The position numbers and the translations under genes are program-made. This document shows positions 40,300-51,473 of a stretch of DNA of 64,000 bases, piece after piece (the stretch's first letter is position 1; each line of letters starts with the position of its first letter). Location: positions 13,764,001 through 13,828,000 of the forward strand of contig JAQFVV010000003.1 of NCBI GenBank assembly GCA_028023455.1. Direction: 5' to 3'. This DNA is from Epiperipatus broadwayi (Eukaryota > Animalia > Onychophora). A model generated the notes under the pieces. It was not told the DNA's origin, searched no databases, and was given only the letters and a program-made list of their open reading frames with translations.

Positions 40300-41325
40300 G
40301 GCAATTTCTGTTAAAACTTTTGAAATAAAGAAATTTATGTATTCTATTTAAAAACCAATGTTTTCATTCTTTAAATAATGAAAATTTTGTAAATAATTTT
40401 TGCAAGTCTAAAATTTTGATCAACAAAATTTTATTAAAAAAAAAAAACAAAACTACACTTCTGGTTAATTGCAATTTTAAACTATTTCATTACAATGTCA
40501 TTATCAATATTAGCATATTTTTCAAACACAATACCAAGTAATATATAAAATCCATAAAATTAAATGGAAATAAAATCTCTAATATTCATTCTAAATAAAA
40601 ACTAAAAATAACTTACTAAAAAAAAACCTCCTGGTCAATTAGAAACAACTACAGACTGTTACAATTATGAACAAGCTAGACAGAGGTAATGTGATTTTCA
40701 ATAGCCATAGGAAATGGTGTTATTTGACAACAACTAAACAAGCAGATTAATTAAATAATATCATCTACATTAATAAATGATGTAAAAACAAGTTAACCTC
40801 AAATATCTATTTATGAATATAAAGATTTGGAATTAAAAACTTTTTAACGATCAGATAAATTTCTCACATTTGCTTATTTTTTTACTATTTTTTTTCAGAG
40901 AATGCATAAAATGATGTAATTCTAAGTTACTATATTTACAATCAGACAAGATAAAGATAAATTATAACAGCCTTTAAATAGCCCACTGCAGAGCAAAGAT
41001 CTCACCAACAGAGCATCTTACCAGATTTGCCAATTGCTGGATGATGAGGATTTAATTGATTTTTCATTTTTGTTTTATTTTCTAGCTAAAAAAATAGATG
41101 AATATTTATTTATCAACTAATAGTGGTTAATTAGCTGGATTGTCTATGAGCGTACTTCGGGATGGGGGTGGATTTTAAGTCTTGAATTTTTTTTTTTTAC
41201 TGAATCCAGATTTGAACACAGATTGTAACAATGACTGGTGGAAATGCTATTGTTGTATCACATGGATCTTTAAAATCAACCTATCTTATACTACAAACTG
41301 TTCCAAAAGTTACTATACATTAGGA

Positions 41326-41676
41326 CAGGGGTCCCCAACCCTATGCCCGCGGGCACCATGGTGCCTGCAAACCATTTTATGTGTGCCCGCCACAATCTGA
41401 ACACAATAAAAAATTATTTATCTGATACAAATAAATTTAATTTTTTAAATTTCTTGTAAATTATTGTATTATATTGTAATGAAATGTTAAAATTTTATTT
41501 TTGAAGTAAATATTTTTTTTGTACATTATGTGTATTATTAACAATATCTAACTATAAATTATTTACATTGAAAAAATAAATGTTGCCCGCTACCTGGTTG
41601 AAAAAATAAACAGTGCCCGCCACCTGACCAATATTATAGAATGTGCTCTTAAGTGCAAAAAGGTTGGGGACCCCTG
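41326..41676. mobile_element. hAT (Charlie-like) MITE
   Basis: Perfect 15-bp TIR CAGGGGTCCCCAACC and perfect 8-bp TSD cattagga (41318-25, 41677-84). Confidence 0.95.
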
Positions 41677-41689
41677 CATTAGGACAACT

Positions 41690-41790
41690 GTTTCCATATT
41701 TGTGAACTGGTCAGTATAGCCTCATGTAATTTCTATGAGATCGCCTAATGTGTCCCCATGTGACTTTTCCTTGTGAGGCCACTTAAAAAA
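41690..41790 (+). mobile_element. Tc1/mariner transposase remnant
   Basis: RSPNVSPCDFSL*GHLK resembles the WPxRSPDLxPCDFFLWGxLK motif. Confidence 0.6.
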
Positions 41791-42179
41791 TATTTTATAA
41801 AATTTTGTAATGAATATTTTGAAAATAAAGATACATTTAACTTCCAATTTTCATGAGATATTACAACATTTTGAAGTTCTTTCTTGAAAACTATGAAATC
41901 TTCACTGGAATTAGACCATACAGCATGTTCATTTCAACAACAAATCTTTACTAAAATATATGCTTTCTTTTACTGTACTGAGTATAATCTATGTTTAAAA
42001 CTTCTATATATAAAGTGAATTTGTCATTGAGCAAACATGGTAGAAAATAAATGCACTATCCATGCATATGATCCATCATCTTACACAATTCATTTTCCTT
42101 TAAAATGGCAGAAATTTGTTAGCAGTTTATTGTAGAAACTGGTTTACTACACATATAAATTAAAATTAAACATAACTCA

Positions 42180-42366
42180 ATGTATATGTTAACAAAGGGA
42201 GTAAATTACTCTCACTTAGGCTATGAATTAAAAGCACTCTAAATATGAAACAAAGGATCAAGAATAGAATGAATCCATTATTCTTGGAACTGATGTTTAT
42301 ATCTTTGTTAACATTGAGTAATTAAGAGTAAAATTAGTATATCAGTTAAATGGAATATGGCACTTC

Positions 42367-42459
<93 letters not shown>

Positions 42460-43040
42460 AGCTATGTTTAATTTTAAGTTTATATATTAAATCCTTATTT
42501 AATTATTATAATCAAAGTGCTAAAATAAAGATTCTGTCTTCAGCCATGTACAATTGATTAGAAGTTTAATAGCTATTAAGGGCCATATTCCAACTGGCTG
42601 ATATATTAATTTCATTCTAAATTATCAACAATATTGAGAAAGGTATGCTTATAAAATCAAATTTCCAAGAATAGGTGAACTCATTCTATTCTTGATTCTT
42701 TGTTCAACATGTAGTGGAGGGTGATTTACTCCCTTTGTTTATATATACATTGTGTTATGTTTAATTTAAAGTTTCATATGAAATCTTATTTAATTATTAC
42801 AATCTAAGTATTAAAAGGAAGATAATGAGTTTAATAGTTATTAAGTGCCATATTCTACCTTGCTGATATACTAATTACACCCTGAATTACCAACAATGTT
42901 GACAAAGCTATGTTTATAAACATCAGAGCTCCAAGAACAATTGGACTCATTCAATTCTTGATCCTTTGTTCCACATTCATAGTGCTTTTAATTCATAGTC
43001 TGAGGGAGGATGATTTCTTCCCTTTGTTTATATACATACA
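42180..43040. repeat. Inverted arm + microsatellite + two tandem ~290-bp units (weak resemblance to a CR1/L2-type LINE 3' end)
   Basis: 42180-42366 is the reverse complement of the 3' part of units 42460-42750 and 42756-43040. The plus translation ADIL....I.NN......IN.RAPRT loosely resembles a LINE C-terminal tail. Confidence 0.8.
42376..42457. repeat. (AT)41 microsatellite
   Basis: Uninterrupted AT dinucleotide run of 82 bp. Confidence 0.98.
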
Positions 43041-43129
43041 TATGCACATAGGAATATATATTTGTAAGTTGATTTTATCAATACATCTTTTATTTTAGTA
43101 TTTTCCTGAAGATATGTGATGATAATATA

Positions 43130-43600
43130 TTAGAGGTGATAATATGTTGGACTATTTCCATCATCTGTCAGTAAATGTTGAATGTATAGAAAAATTTAGA
43201 CTTTATTTCAACTTTTCAAATATAAACAACTTGTTACTAATATAAACAACACAGGTTAGTAATTACACAATGTTTCGAATAGTATTATTTTCCAATCATC
43301 ATCAGATGTTGTTGACAGGATAGCTCAGTTGATTAGAGCTGTTGCTTTAAATTCAATATTCGAGACTCTAAAGGTGTGAGTTTGACTCCTATGTGAATAC
43401 TTTCACTGGTCAGGTCAGCAATACCTAAAGAAGAGTGGAGAATAATGCAACTTGAAATGTTGTGTAATTACTAACCTGCATTGTCTATTTGTGTGTTATT
43501 ACTAATAAGTTATTTATACTTGAAAAATTTAAACATTAAAATTTTCCATGCATTCAACATTTCTTGATAGATTATGGAAGTAATCCAACATACTATCATA
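43130..43600 (+). mobile_element. Fold-back element: tRNA-derived head + HHR + tail, with inverted HHR-containing 3' copy (family C)
   Basis: Inverted arms ~43130-43309 and ~43421-43600. A box TAGCTCAGTTGA (43321) and B box AGTTTGACTCC (43379). HHR motifs at 43421-43465 (+) and 43265-43309 (-). Confidence 0.7.
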
Positions 43601-44110
43601 CCTTTCATCTTAGCTGAATTCTATCACAACCATCTATCATCCCAGAAATCAGACAAACTCCTCACACTATAAATATATTCCAAACATATACTTTTTCAAT
43701 TAGGCCAAATATATACTTTAAATCTCACTGAATGAATAATACATCTGTAGTGTTATAGAGATATCAACATCCGAGTTTCCTTGTCCATGTTGACAGTTTT
43801 GATAACATTCACTACACCATTCTCACACAAGATATGAATGGTTTTTATTCCCTTTTAACATGTTGTGGAGGGCTATACGATCATTGCACTATAATATACA
43901 TTTGCAAGTTTTTTGTTTTTAGCAGTGCATCTTTCACCTTAGCTCAATCCTATCACAACCATTTATCAGTACAGAAGTCAGACCAACCACTCGCACTATG
44001 GATACATTTGAAACATACACTTTTTCAAGTAAGACAAATAGAGCACATGTTACAATTTAACTTCATATATACATATTTTAGAGATACTTAAACTTAGCTT
44101 CATATACTCA
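43601..44110. repeat. Two dispersed direct copies (~150 bp) of a decayed repeat
   Basis: 43601-43750 aligns with ~43930-44110 (ctttcat/cttagct, ctatcacaaccat, ctttttcaa). Confidence 0.7.
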
Positions 44111-46347
44111 ATGAATAAATATATGTATACTCATGTGTGTATAAATTAGTCAAACCCAGTTGATAATGTGTATTTGCACATTATTTTTAAATACATATTT
44201 GAAAATAATCTAATATTTACTTTGTTAAAAAAAAAAATGCCTCTAAAGGCATTTCTTTGACTTAAGTTTTGGATTAAAAAAAAAAATTCTAGTTCTTACA
44301 AAAGGAACAGCTAAAAATATAATTGATAAGCAATATTATATGCAATTTTAATTACAATTTTATGGTAAAATAATTTTAATTTACTAAAAAATTCTATTTT
44401 AAAATTTGTACACCAAAATTCACAATTTATAAATACATTTAAAATTAATAACTTTAAAAATGCTTAGTTTCTTTATTTTTATTTTAAGTTAATGGTTATA
44501 TTTTCTCATCTTTATTGTTTTTAAATGTTAGCTTTATAGAATATATAACATTTTATCTTTATTATATAAAATAAAGTTATATAAAATTATATTGCAGTAC
44601 AGCAAATTTTTGCTTTGTAACACAATGAAAATTCAGTAAAAATTCATTGATTGTGAGAATGATATTCTTTAAATTTTCTTAGTTGTAAGGGTAACTTACA
44701 ATCTGATTGAGTCCAGTCTTTGTTTACTCATACAACCAAATCAAACTCATTTAAAATGTAAGAATAGCTAACAGGTGTTTGAGAATGCATTATCATTTTA
44801 TAGAGTAAACATACACACATATATACACAATAAACATTTATTTTATTAAATACTATATTGAATAAATGTCACAATAGACTTATTTCCCTTATCTAATAAA
44901 AGGATAAAAACCCTAATTAAAGAAATCATACAAATATATATGTATATCAATAATGAATTAAATGTCAATGTATTTTTTTTATGTCACAATACATGACTTA
45001 GACTCAGTAAAAATAGTGATGATCTAATATCAAGCCAGCCACTAGGTAACTGAATGGGAAGGTGAAAGCAGAATTGTATTGCGTAATTTTATTTTTACTT
45101 ACAATCAATATAATATGCACATCAATAGACACATACAGCAATGGAAGAGGAAATAGAAATGTAAGTATACTAAACAATGGAAATTAAACATAGTTCATTT
45201 CCGTTATCTTTTATTATTTTCAAAAGGATATAATTAGCTGTATAACACCAACATCTAATGATCATTTATATTTTTTTATTCAGTGTGAATGACTAATTTT
45301 CTTGTGTGGACATTTTTTCTATCAACCATAGTTAGGGGGGTCCACAAAGAAGTGGGTCCACAAAGAAGTTGGAACTTCCACAGCTGGAATTGGACAATGA
45401 AGCTATTGTACATACATTGCTATAATATTATAAAATAGTTAGCTTCGCGATCATTGTAATAATGAATTAATGATTTTTTTTCTTTGTTAATTTTATCTGC
45501 TTTGTAAATAGTTAGTGCCTTGTCACGTATATCTACCATGGGTAAGAGTTGGAATAATGAACACATTTAATCATTAAAATGGTAGAGATACATACTTGAT
45601 CCATGCAAAAATATATACATATTTTTTTATCATGTTAAAAGAGTTTTGAATTTTAATTTTGTTAGTTAATAAATGTTATTAACTTGATTTTCATTAAAAT
45701 GGTCTCTAGTTTGTCAAAATTATTTATCCATTCATTCGTCAATTCATAACCAGATATACATGCATATACACTTTCTTTTTACATCATAATATAGTAATAT
45801 TGTTAGATAAACCCTTCATTCAATTGGAACCTATATAGAAGTGCGGTAGTTGCTATCTAGAGTAAATTCATCACTAAAGAGAGCTGATGGCAACATTTCC
45901 CCTAAGTTTGAATACTGAGGTGTAATGAAATCTGAAAGAGGGGTGAGGTATAGATGAACTAGCCTAAACTGTATCTGAATTTAATGTGTAAACTTAGAGC
46001 TAACCCATTGCAGGTATATACGATCATTGGTTAGGTACTTCATCGCATCATTCACAGCATCCTACCCAAAGACCCTAGGTCCAACTGTAGTGAGGTGAGT
46101 TACCTTTCTTCCGGTGGACAGTTACATTAGTTTAATATAAAGCAGAAGAGTAGAATGAACAAAGCATGTGTTAATATGGTGATTTGAATGGTTTAAGACT
46201 CAAAAAAATTGATAGCAAATTAAGAAATGACTGAGAATAGAGGTATAAAGGAGATTCATGAGTCATTAAAAAAACCCAGTGAAATAAATTTTCAATGCAG
46301 ACCAAATGTAGCAAAAACATAATTTTAAAAATAACGTATAATTTTAC

Positions 46348-46481
46348 CTGATTTCCATGTATAGTAAAAATCAAACGTCCTTCCAAAAGATCAATCACTT
46401 TTAAACTGTGATCGCTTGAAGCTGTGATCAAGTAATTTCCAGAAGGATGAAAGGCTAGTCCATTTACTGATGCAGAGTGAG
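46348..46481 (-). CDS. POC1: Internal coding exon of POC1 centriolar protein (WD40 repeat; POC1A/B, WDR51 family)
   Basis: Acceptor ttttttccAG (46482-83) and donor cag|GTaaaat (46347-46). The 134 nt (phase 1 in, phase 0 out) read [45 protein letters not shown], matching from memory the POC1 WD repeat [43 protein letters not shown]. No other POC1 exon was found in the window. Confidence 0.92.
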
Positions 46482-47049
46482 CTGGAAAAAAAGAAGTAAA
46501 CAATAGATATGATTGCTCCTTTAAAAATGTTTTTATTTATAACAAAAAATGCAATCTAATTCTAGTGATGGAAATTCAATACATTATGAATCAAGTTATG
46601 GCCATTTTTAAAGTCCATTATACTATAAAATTAAAAATCTGAAATAAAAAAAATCCTAGTTTTGGAACACAAGCTAATTTACTTGGATAATTAAATAAAC
46701 CTGATATCAGATTAACAACTATTGGATATATTTTAGTGAACTCATTTTTGATAAAAAAAGATTTTAGCCAACAAAATAACCCATGACCTTGCTTGCATTA
46801 ATTTCAAATTAGTTTCCAATGATTAGTCAAGCTTAAATAAATGATTCTAAAATAGAAATTGCTACTGAAAGCATATATTAAATGCATGCAGAGAAATTCA
46901 TGTGCTGTTTTGTATAAGTATACATATGTCATTCATTACTATTTATGCCCCCCTCCCCCAAACAGATAACAAAAAAACCTTTATTTCATTGCATTAGTCT
47001 TTGAATGTTCAGAGTGGGCAACTTGCTTATTAAGCCAATTTCTTTCTTT

Positions 47050-48050
47050 TGCTATTTTCCTTTTTATTTCTCCAATATATCTTTTCATATATTCTTTTTT
47101 CTCTAATATATTTTTACATAAATTCTTTAAGTACTATATATATCCCACATCATTTCTTCCATTTCATAATTTCTTGTTAACTAGTCTCTTAATGTTTGAT
47201 TTTCTTTCTGTACCGACTAACTCCATTCTTTTGAAAATCTATTTCTCTATACCTGTGATCTTTCTAAGCTACAAGTCTGTTTAATTTCATAAGTTTTTCT
47301 TAAATTTAATGGATGCCAAAAACAATCTACTATTATTAAATAAGTTTAGCCACTGTAACTCTTATTCTAATGTCCTGGTTTCTATTTTAATGAGTTTATC
47401 AACTTCCTAAGAATCTGAAAACATTATCTATTATGATCTACTTAAGTGGCACTCCTAATCATATGTCATCACCTACATTCATGGCTATTTTCATCAATCC
47501 TACTCACCATTCTGTTGAGTTCATTCTCATTATCTGCATGTTTCTGATATAAAAGCTTCTATCTCCATCCTCATCAAAATAACATTTCCCTAGCAATATG
47601 TTTAAATAAATATTAAACAAAAAGAAACCAGGCAATAACCCTGTCTTATTTCTTATATTATATATCTATTTCTTCATGAGAATATTTAACTACAATTTGC
47701 ATGCAAAAATTATTCACTCTGCAATATGTTCTTATTATTCCATAACAGATTGTACATTAATAACAATTCACCATTATCGAAAAATCTAAGTGGAAAGTCA
47801 AAATAATTAATATTGATACTTATTATTAATTTGTATAGAACATAATGACATATCTATCTCCATCCTAAAAATAACAGCATAGGTTTTATAAAACCAATGA
47901 GCATTAGATAAAAGTGCAGATTCAGAAATAATTGGAAATCTCTTTGCATAGAATGACCGATAATTATTCAAAAGCTCAAATGATATAAACAATTTAATGC
48001 TGAAATCCCCGAATCAAAATTTATTTCTGGTGCTTTATTGTCATATGAAC
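47050..48050 (-). mobile_element. Decayed RTE LINE RT fragment
   Basis: Degenerate RQG and xGDD traces and a purine-rich RT tail on the minus strand. Boundaries are approximate. Confidence 0.5.
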
Positions 48051-48079
48051 TTAAAACAGCAAAATCCTCCATAAAGTAT

Positions 48080-48270
48080 TGCCACTCAGTGTAAGCCAGA
48101 GTAATCAATGGATGCCAGAAAGCTTGTGCATAAAATCCCCATCTAGTGCATACTCATCCAATATCCCCAGACTAGTTTCTGACTTATGGCCTTCGTCAGT
48201 GAGGAGCCTTGGATCTGAGAGCACTGCACGTAGATCTTAGGATCTAATGCAACCCTCCAGCAGCCATGTA
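48080..48270 (-). mobile_element. HHR family A copy (best-preserved ribozyme)
   Basis: Reverse complement of 48164-48205 reads tcctca-CTGACGA-a-ggc-cataa-gtc-a-GAAAC-ta-GTC-tgggga. The body is colinear with the 5.9 kb and 40.1 kb copies. Confidence 0.88.
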
Positions 48271-49198
48271 ATAATGTTTATTGTTATTGCGACTAACTAC
48301 TCAATTGTTATTTTTAATTGTTAAAGATAATAAGATTTGATTAAATGTAAACTACACGAGTCTTGGTATGCTCATTTTAATAAATACTTGTCTAAGTAGA
48401 TCAGTTTCTGTTTTAAGGTGTATGTAAATATACAATATGGATGTCTAGATTTCTCAAATAGCAGTCAAATTTTAAATTGTACACGGCAAAACATTACTTT
48501 GCACATACTATCTACAATTCATAATATACTGCACTTCTTATTGTAAAATATAATTTTCTATCTGAAGATATGAATAGTTTTCAAGTTATGCACAATGTCA
48601 ATTTGTTATGAGACTGAATGCTAGCAATCCTAATTATCATATGCATCTTTATATTAATTGGAGACTTGTTCAAAACTTGCTGAAATAAATTACTCTCTTC
48701 AAATAATGAAAAACTGTTTAATGCCTTTATCACATGAATTACTGATCTGTTGTGCTTAATTAACTTAATATCTTTGTATTTGAGTTGGATAAAATAAGAG
48801 ATTCAGATCATTCAGTAAGTCATATAAGCAAAGACAAACATATACTTTATATAAGGGCATTAAAATTTTGAAACAATAACCATATCACAATTTAATAAAT
48901 TAATACTTCATTAATAAGTATTCCCTCTTTTTCTTCAGTTACAATATACGTATTGGCAAATTAAAATATGAATATTCTGTAGATAGACAAGGAGGTCAAA
49001 AGTTTCTCTAAGAATCCCTGTCACCAGACCTGCAAATTTCCAGTGTCAATGGTTTTTCATCCTTGTTTTATAATCTAGTTAAGAAAACCAATATTGGTTG
49101 GCTGTAAAATAGACCACATATGAAAGAAAAATTTTAAGCATATATATATATTATATTTAATGTTTTCATGGTTATATGATATAAATAAAGTAGTTTTT

Positions 49199-51473
49199 GG
49201 ATTAAACTGTGTGTTATTTTTGCTTACTTCCTAAGGTTTCAATGAAATAACATCCACCATCATCAAGGTTAACTTTTCAAAAAAAAAAAAAAAACAACAA
49301 CTGTTAGATGTCAAATAGTAACGAGATTGAGTGTGAGGTAAAGAATGAGATTGAGCATGAAGTAGTTGAGCATTCAGAATATGTGAATTAATAAAATGTT
49401 TATTTTCTTCAGTTTCACCATTAATTGTTTTCAAGTTTACATAGAAGAAAGAGATAAAATAAGTGGACACCATAAGGCTGGAATAAGTTGTGCTTCATCA
49501 GCTGTATTTAAACCAGCTGGTGTTTTTAATATTTCAATCAATCCTCTCATGATTCTCAATTTATACTTTTCCAAATTAGCAAGTACTTTTGCATTATTAA
49601 AATCAGGTTTGTGACCAATTTCTAAAAAAATGTGAAGTAAAAGTCAATGTATTTAACTTCTGATTAAAGACATTTTAATATTCATTAATTCTGACATTAA
49701 TTCATCTATTAGACTGACCTACATAGCTTTTCGAACACTTTAAACATGAAATTTCATAAACCTTCTGATATTCCAAAAGTATTCTGTCTTTAGGTTTATA
49801 GAAAATTTGCTAGTGAAAAAAGTAGTCTTTATGTTAAAATTAGATAGTTTTCTATTGATTTTATCAGTGACCCTTTTAATATAAGGTAAAACCACTCTAT
49901 AACTATTTGAATTACAAATTTTATCATCTTTCTTCTTTTTTAGTATCAGTGTTCTGTAACACCATATATATGATGTTTTTATTGTAAACATTAGATAGTA
50001 TTTTTTTTTCTCATGTGTCATAGCATCAGCCAGGAAGCAAACCCGCTAACCCGGGACAACTGCTTGTAACACAGCTGTCGCTGACCTCTCGACCACCAAT
50101 GCTATTTCTTAAGTAAAATGATCTTCGTCTGACAAACTACAAGCTCTCATCAAAAAACTTTTTGCTACAGAAAATATTTGTGCAGGATGATGATGAAAAT
50201 TAAAATATCTACTTGTATGGATGGGTTTTTTGTAAACCAATATTGATAAGGAGTAATCACATTTTCTTGCAATCAAAACATCTAACAAAGAAAGTGATTT
50301 GTTATTTTCAACTTCTATAGTAAACTTAATATTAGGATGCTAATCAGTAAGAACAAGAAAAAAGTTCAAAGCATCAATGCCATGAGGCCATATAACAAAT
50401 ATATCCATTCACATATCTGAACCAAATAGGTTTTTTAGTCGCTGCATTTAATACTTGATTTTCAAAATTATTCATAAACAGATCAGCATTTACAGGTGAC
50501 AATGGAGATCCCATAGAAAGTCCTTTAATTTGTTTACATTTTTGAAAATCATAAATAAAAAATGTATTTTCAAAAAAAAAAATGTATTTTTTGCTAATGG
50601 AATAATGAAATCAGGCAAATTTTCTATTAAGCTATTATAAAGTGTCTTCAACAGGAATACTAGTAAACAGAGAAGAAACATCAAACCTAACTAATAAATC
50701 AATTTTAGTTAGTTTTAAGTTTTTAATTACAGAAATAAAATGGCTTGAATTCTTAATTCTGGATGGAATGTTAGCTGTTAAGCATTGGGCTAAATATCTA
50801 GCCAAAGCAGGTGTGCGACAACCTATAGCACACCCAATAGGTTGCAATGGTACCTTAGGTTTATGAATTTTAGGCAAACCATAAAATTTAAGATATAATG
50901 AAAAGCCTTTTCTTGAAGAAATTTTAATTTTCATAATCTTTTCATAATTTCATTTATACTGGAACATTTTATAAAACATTTTATCTTTTTTTCTAAATAT
51001 ATCAAAATCTCTAACAATCTTTTTGTAAGTGCCACCATTTAATAAATTTAAAATTTTATTATTATAATCTAAATGACTAAGCACAACAGTCAAATTACCT
51101 TTATCTGCTGGAATAATTACAATAGAATAATTTTAAAAAAACTATGAAGTGCAGCAATGTTTTTTCCTTTAGATAAATTACTTTTTGGTGGTTTCATATT
51201 TTTAAAGATGTCACAAACTTCAACTCTAATAAGATCAGCAGTGCATAAGTCTATGCTTTTTAAGAATACTCTATATTGCAAATAATATTTTCAACTGGAT
51301 TATGTTTAGGAGCCAGCACATAATTAAAACATTTCTCCAAGAAGGACATCACACTCAATCTCATTACAATGTGAGATCTAATGGTTTTCTTTGAAAAATT
51401 AACCAAGACAATGGTGAATGCTATTTTGTTGAAACATTGGGAAGTAAGCAAAAATAACATACAGTTCAACTCC
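49199..51473 (-). mobile_element. Penelope-like retroelement (RT + GIY-YIG), decayed, with inverted pLTR (family D)
   Basis: LEKCFNYVLAPKHNPVENIICNIE; FYGLPKIHKPKVPLQPI..LVRFDVSSLFTSIP; VVLPYIKRVTDKINRKL; GHKPDFNNAKVLANLEKYKLRIMRGLIEI..LNT. 49199-49345 is inverted with respect to 51345-51473, and both arms hold a decayed HHR. Confidence 0.93.
50010..50102 (-). mobile_element. Second tRNA-Gly-derived SINE copy, nested in the Penelope element
   Basis: Shares CCCGGG..TTTGCTTCCTGG and the TGACA..TGA-(A)n tail with the 1.2 kb copy, and has an internal duplication cgggtt. Confidence 0.75.

Noticed and set aside
45016-45060. C/D box snoRNA (GTGATGA...CTGA)
   Set aside because: The boxes are only ~30 nt apart, with no downstream D box or terminal stem.
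49437-49622. Apparent host terminal exon (ttttAG|..GHKPDFNNAKVLANLEKYKLRIMRGLIEILK..*)
   Set aside because: It is the GIY-YIG C-terminus of the surrounding Penelope element.
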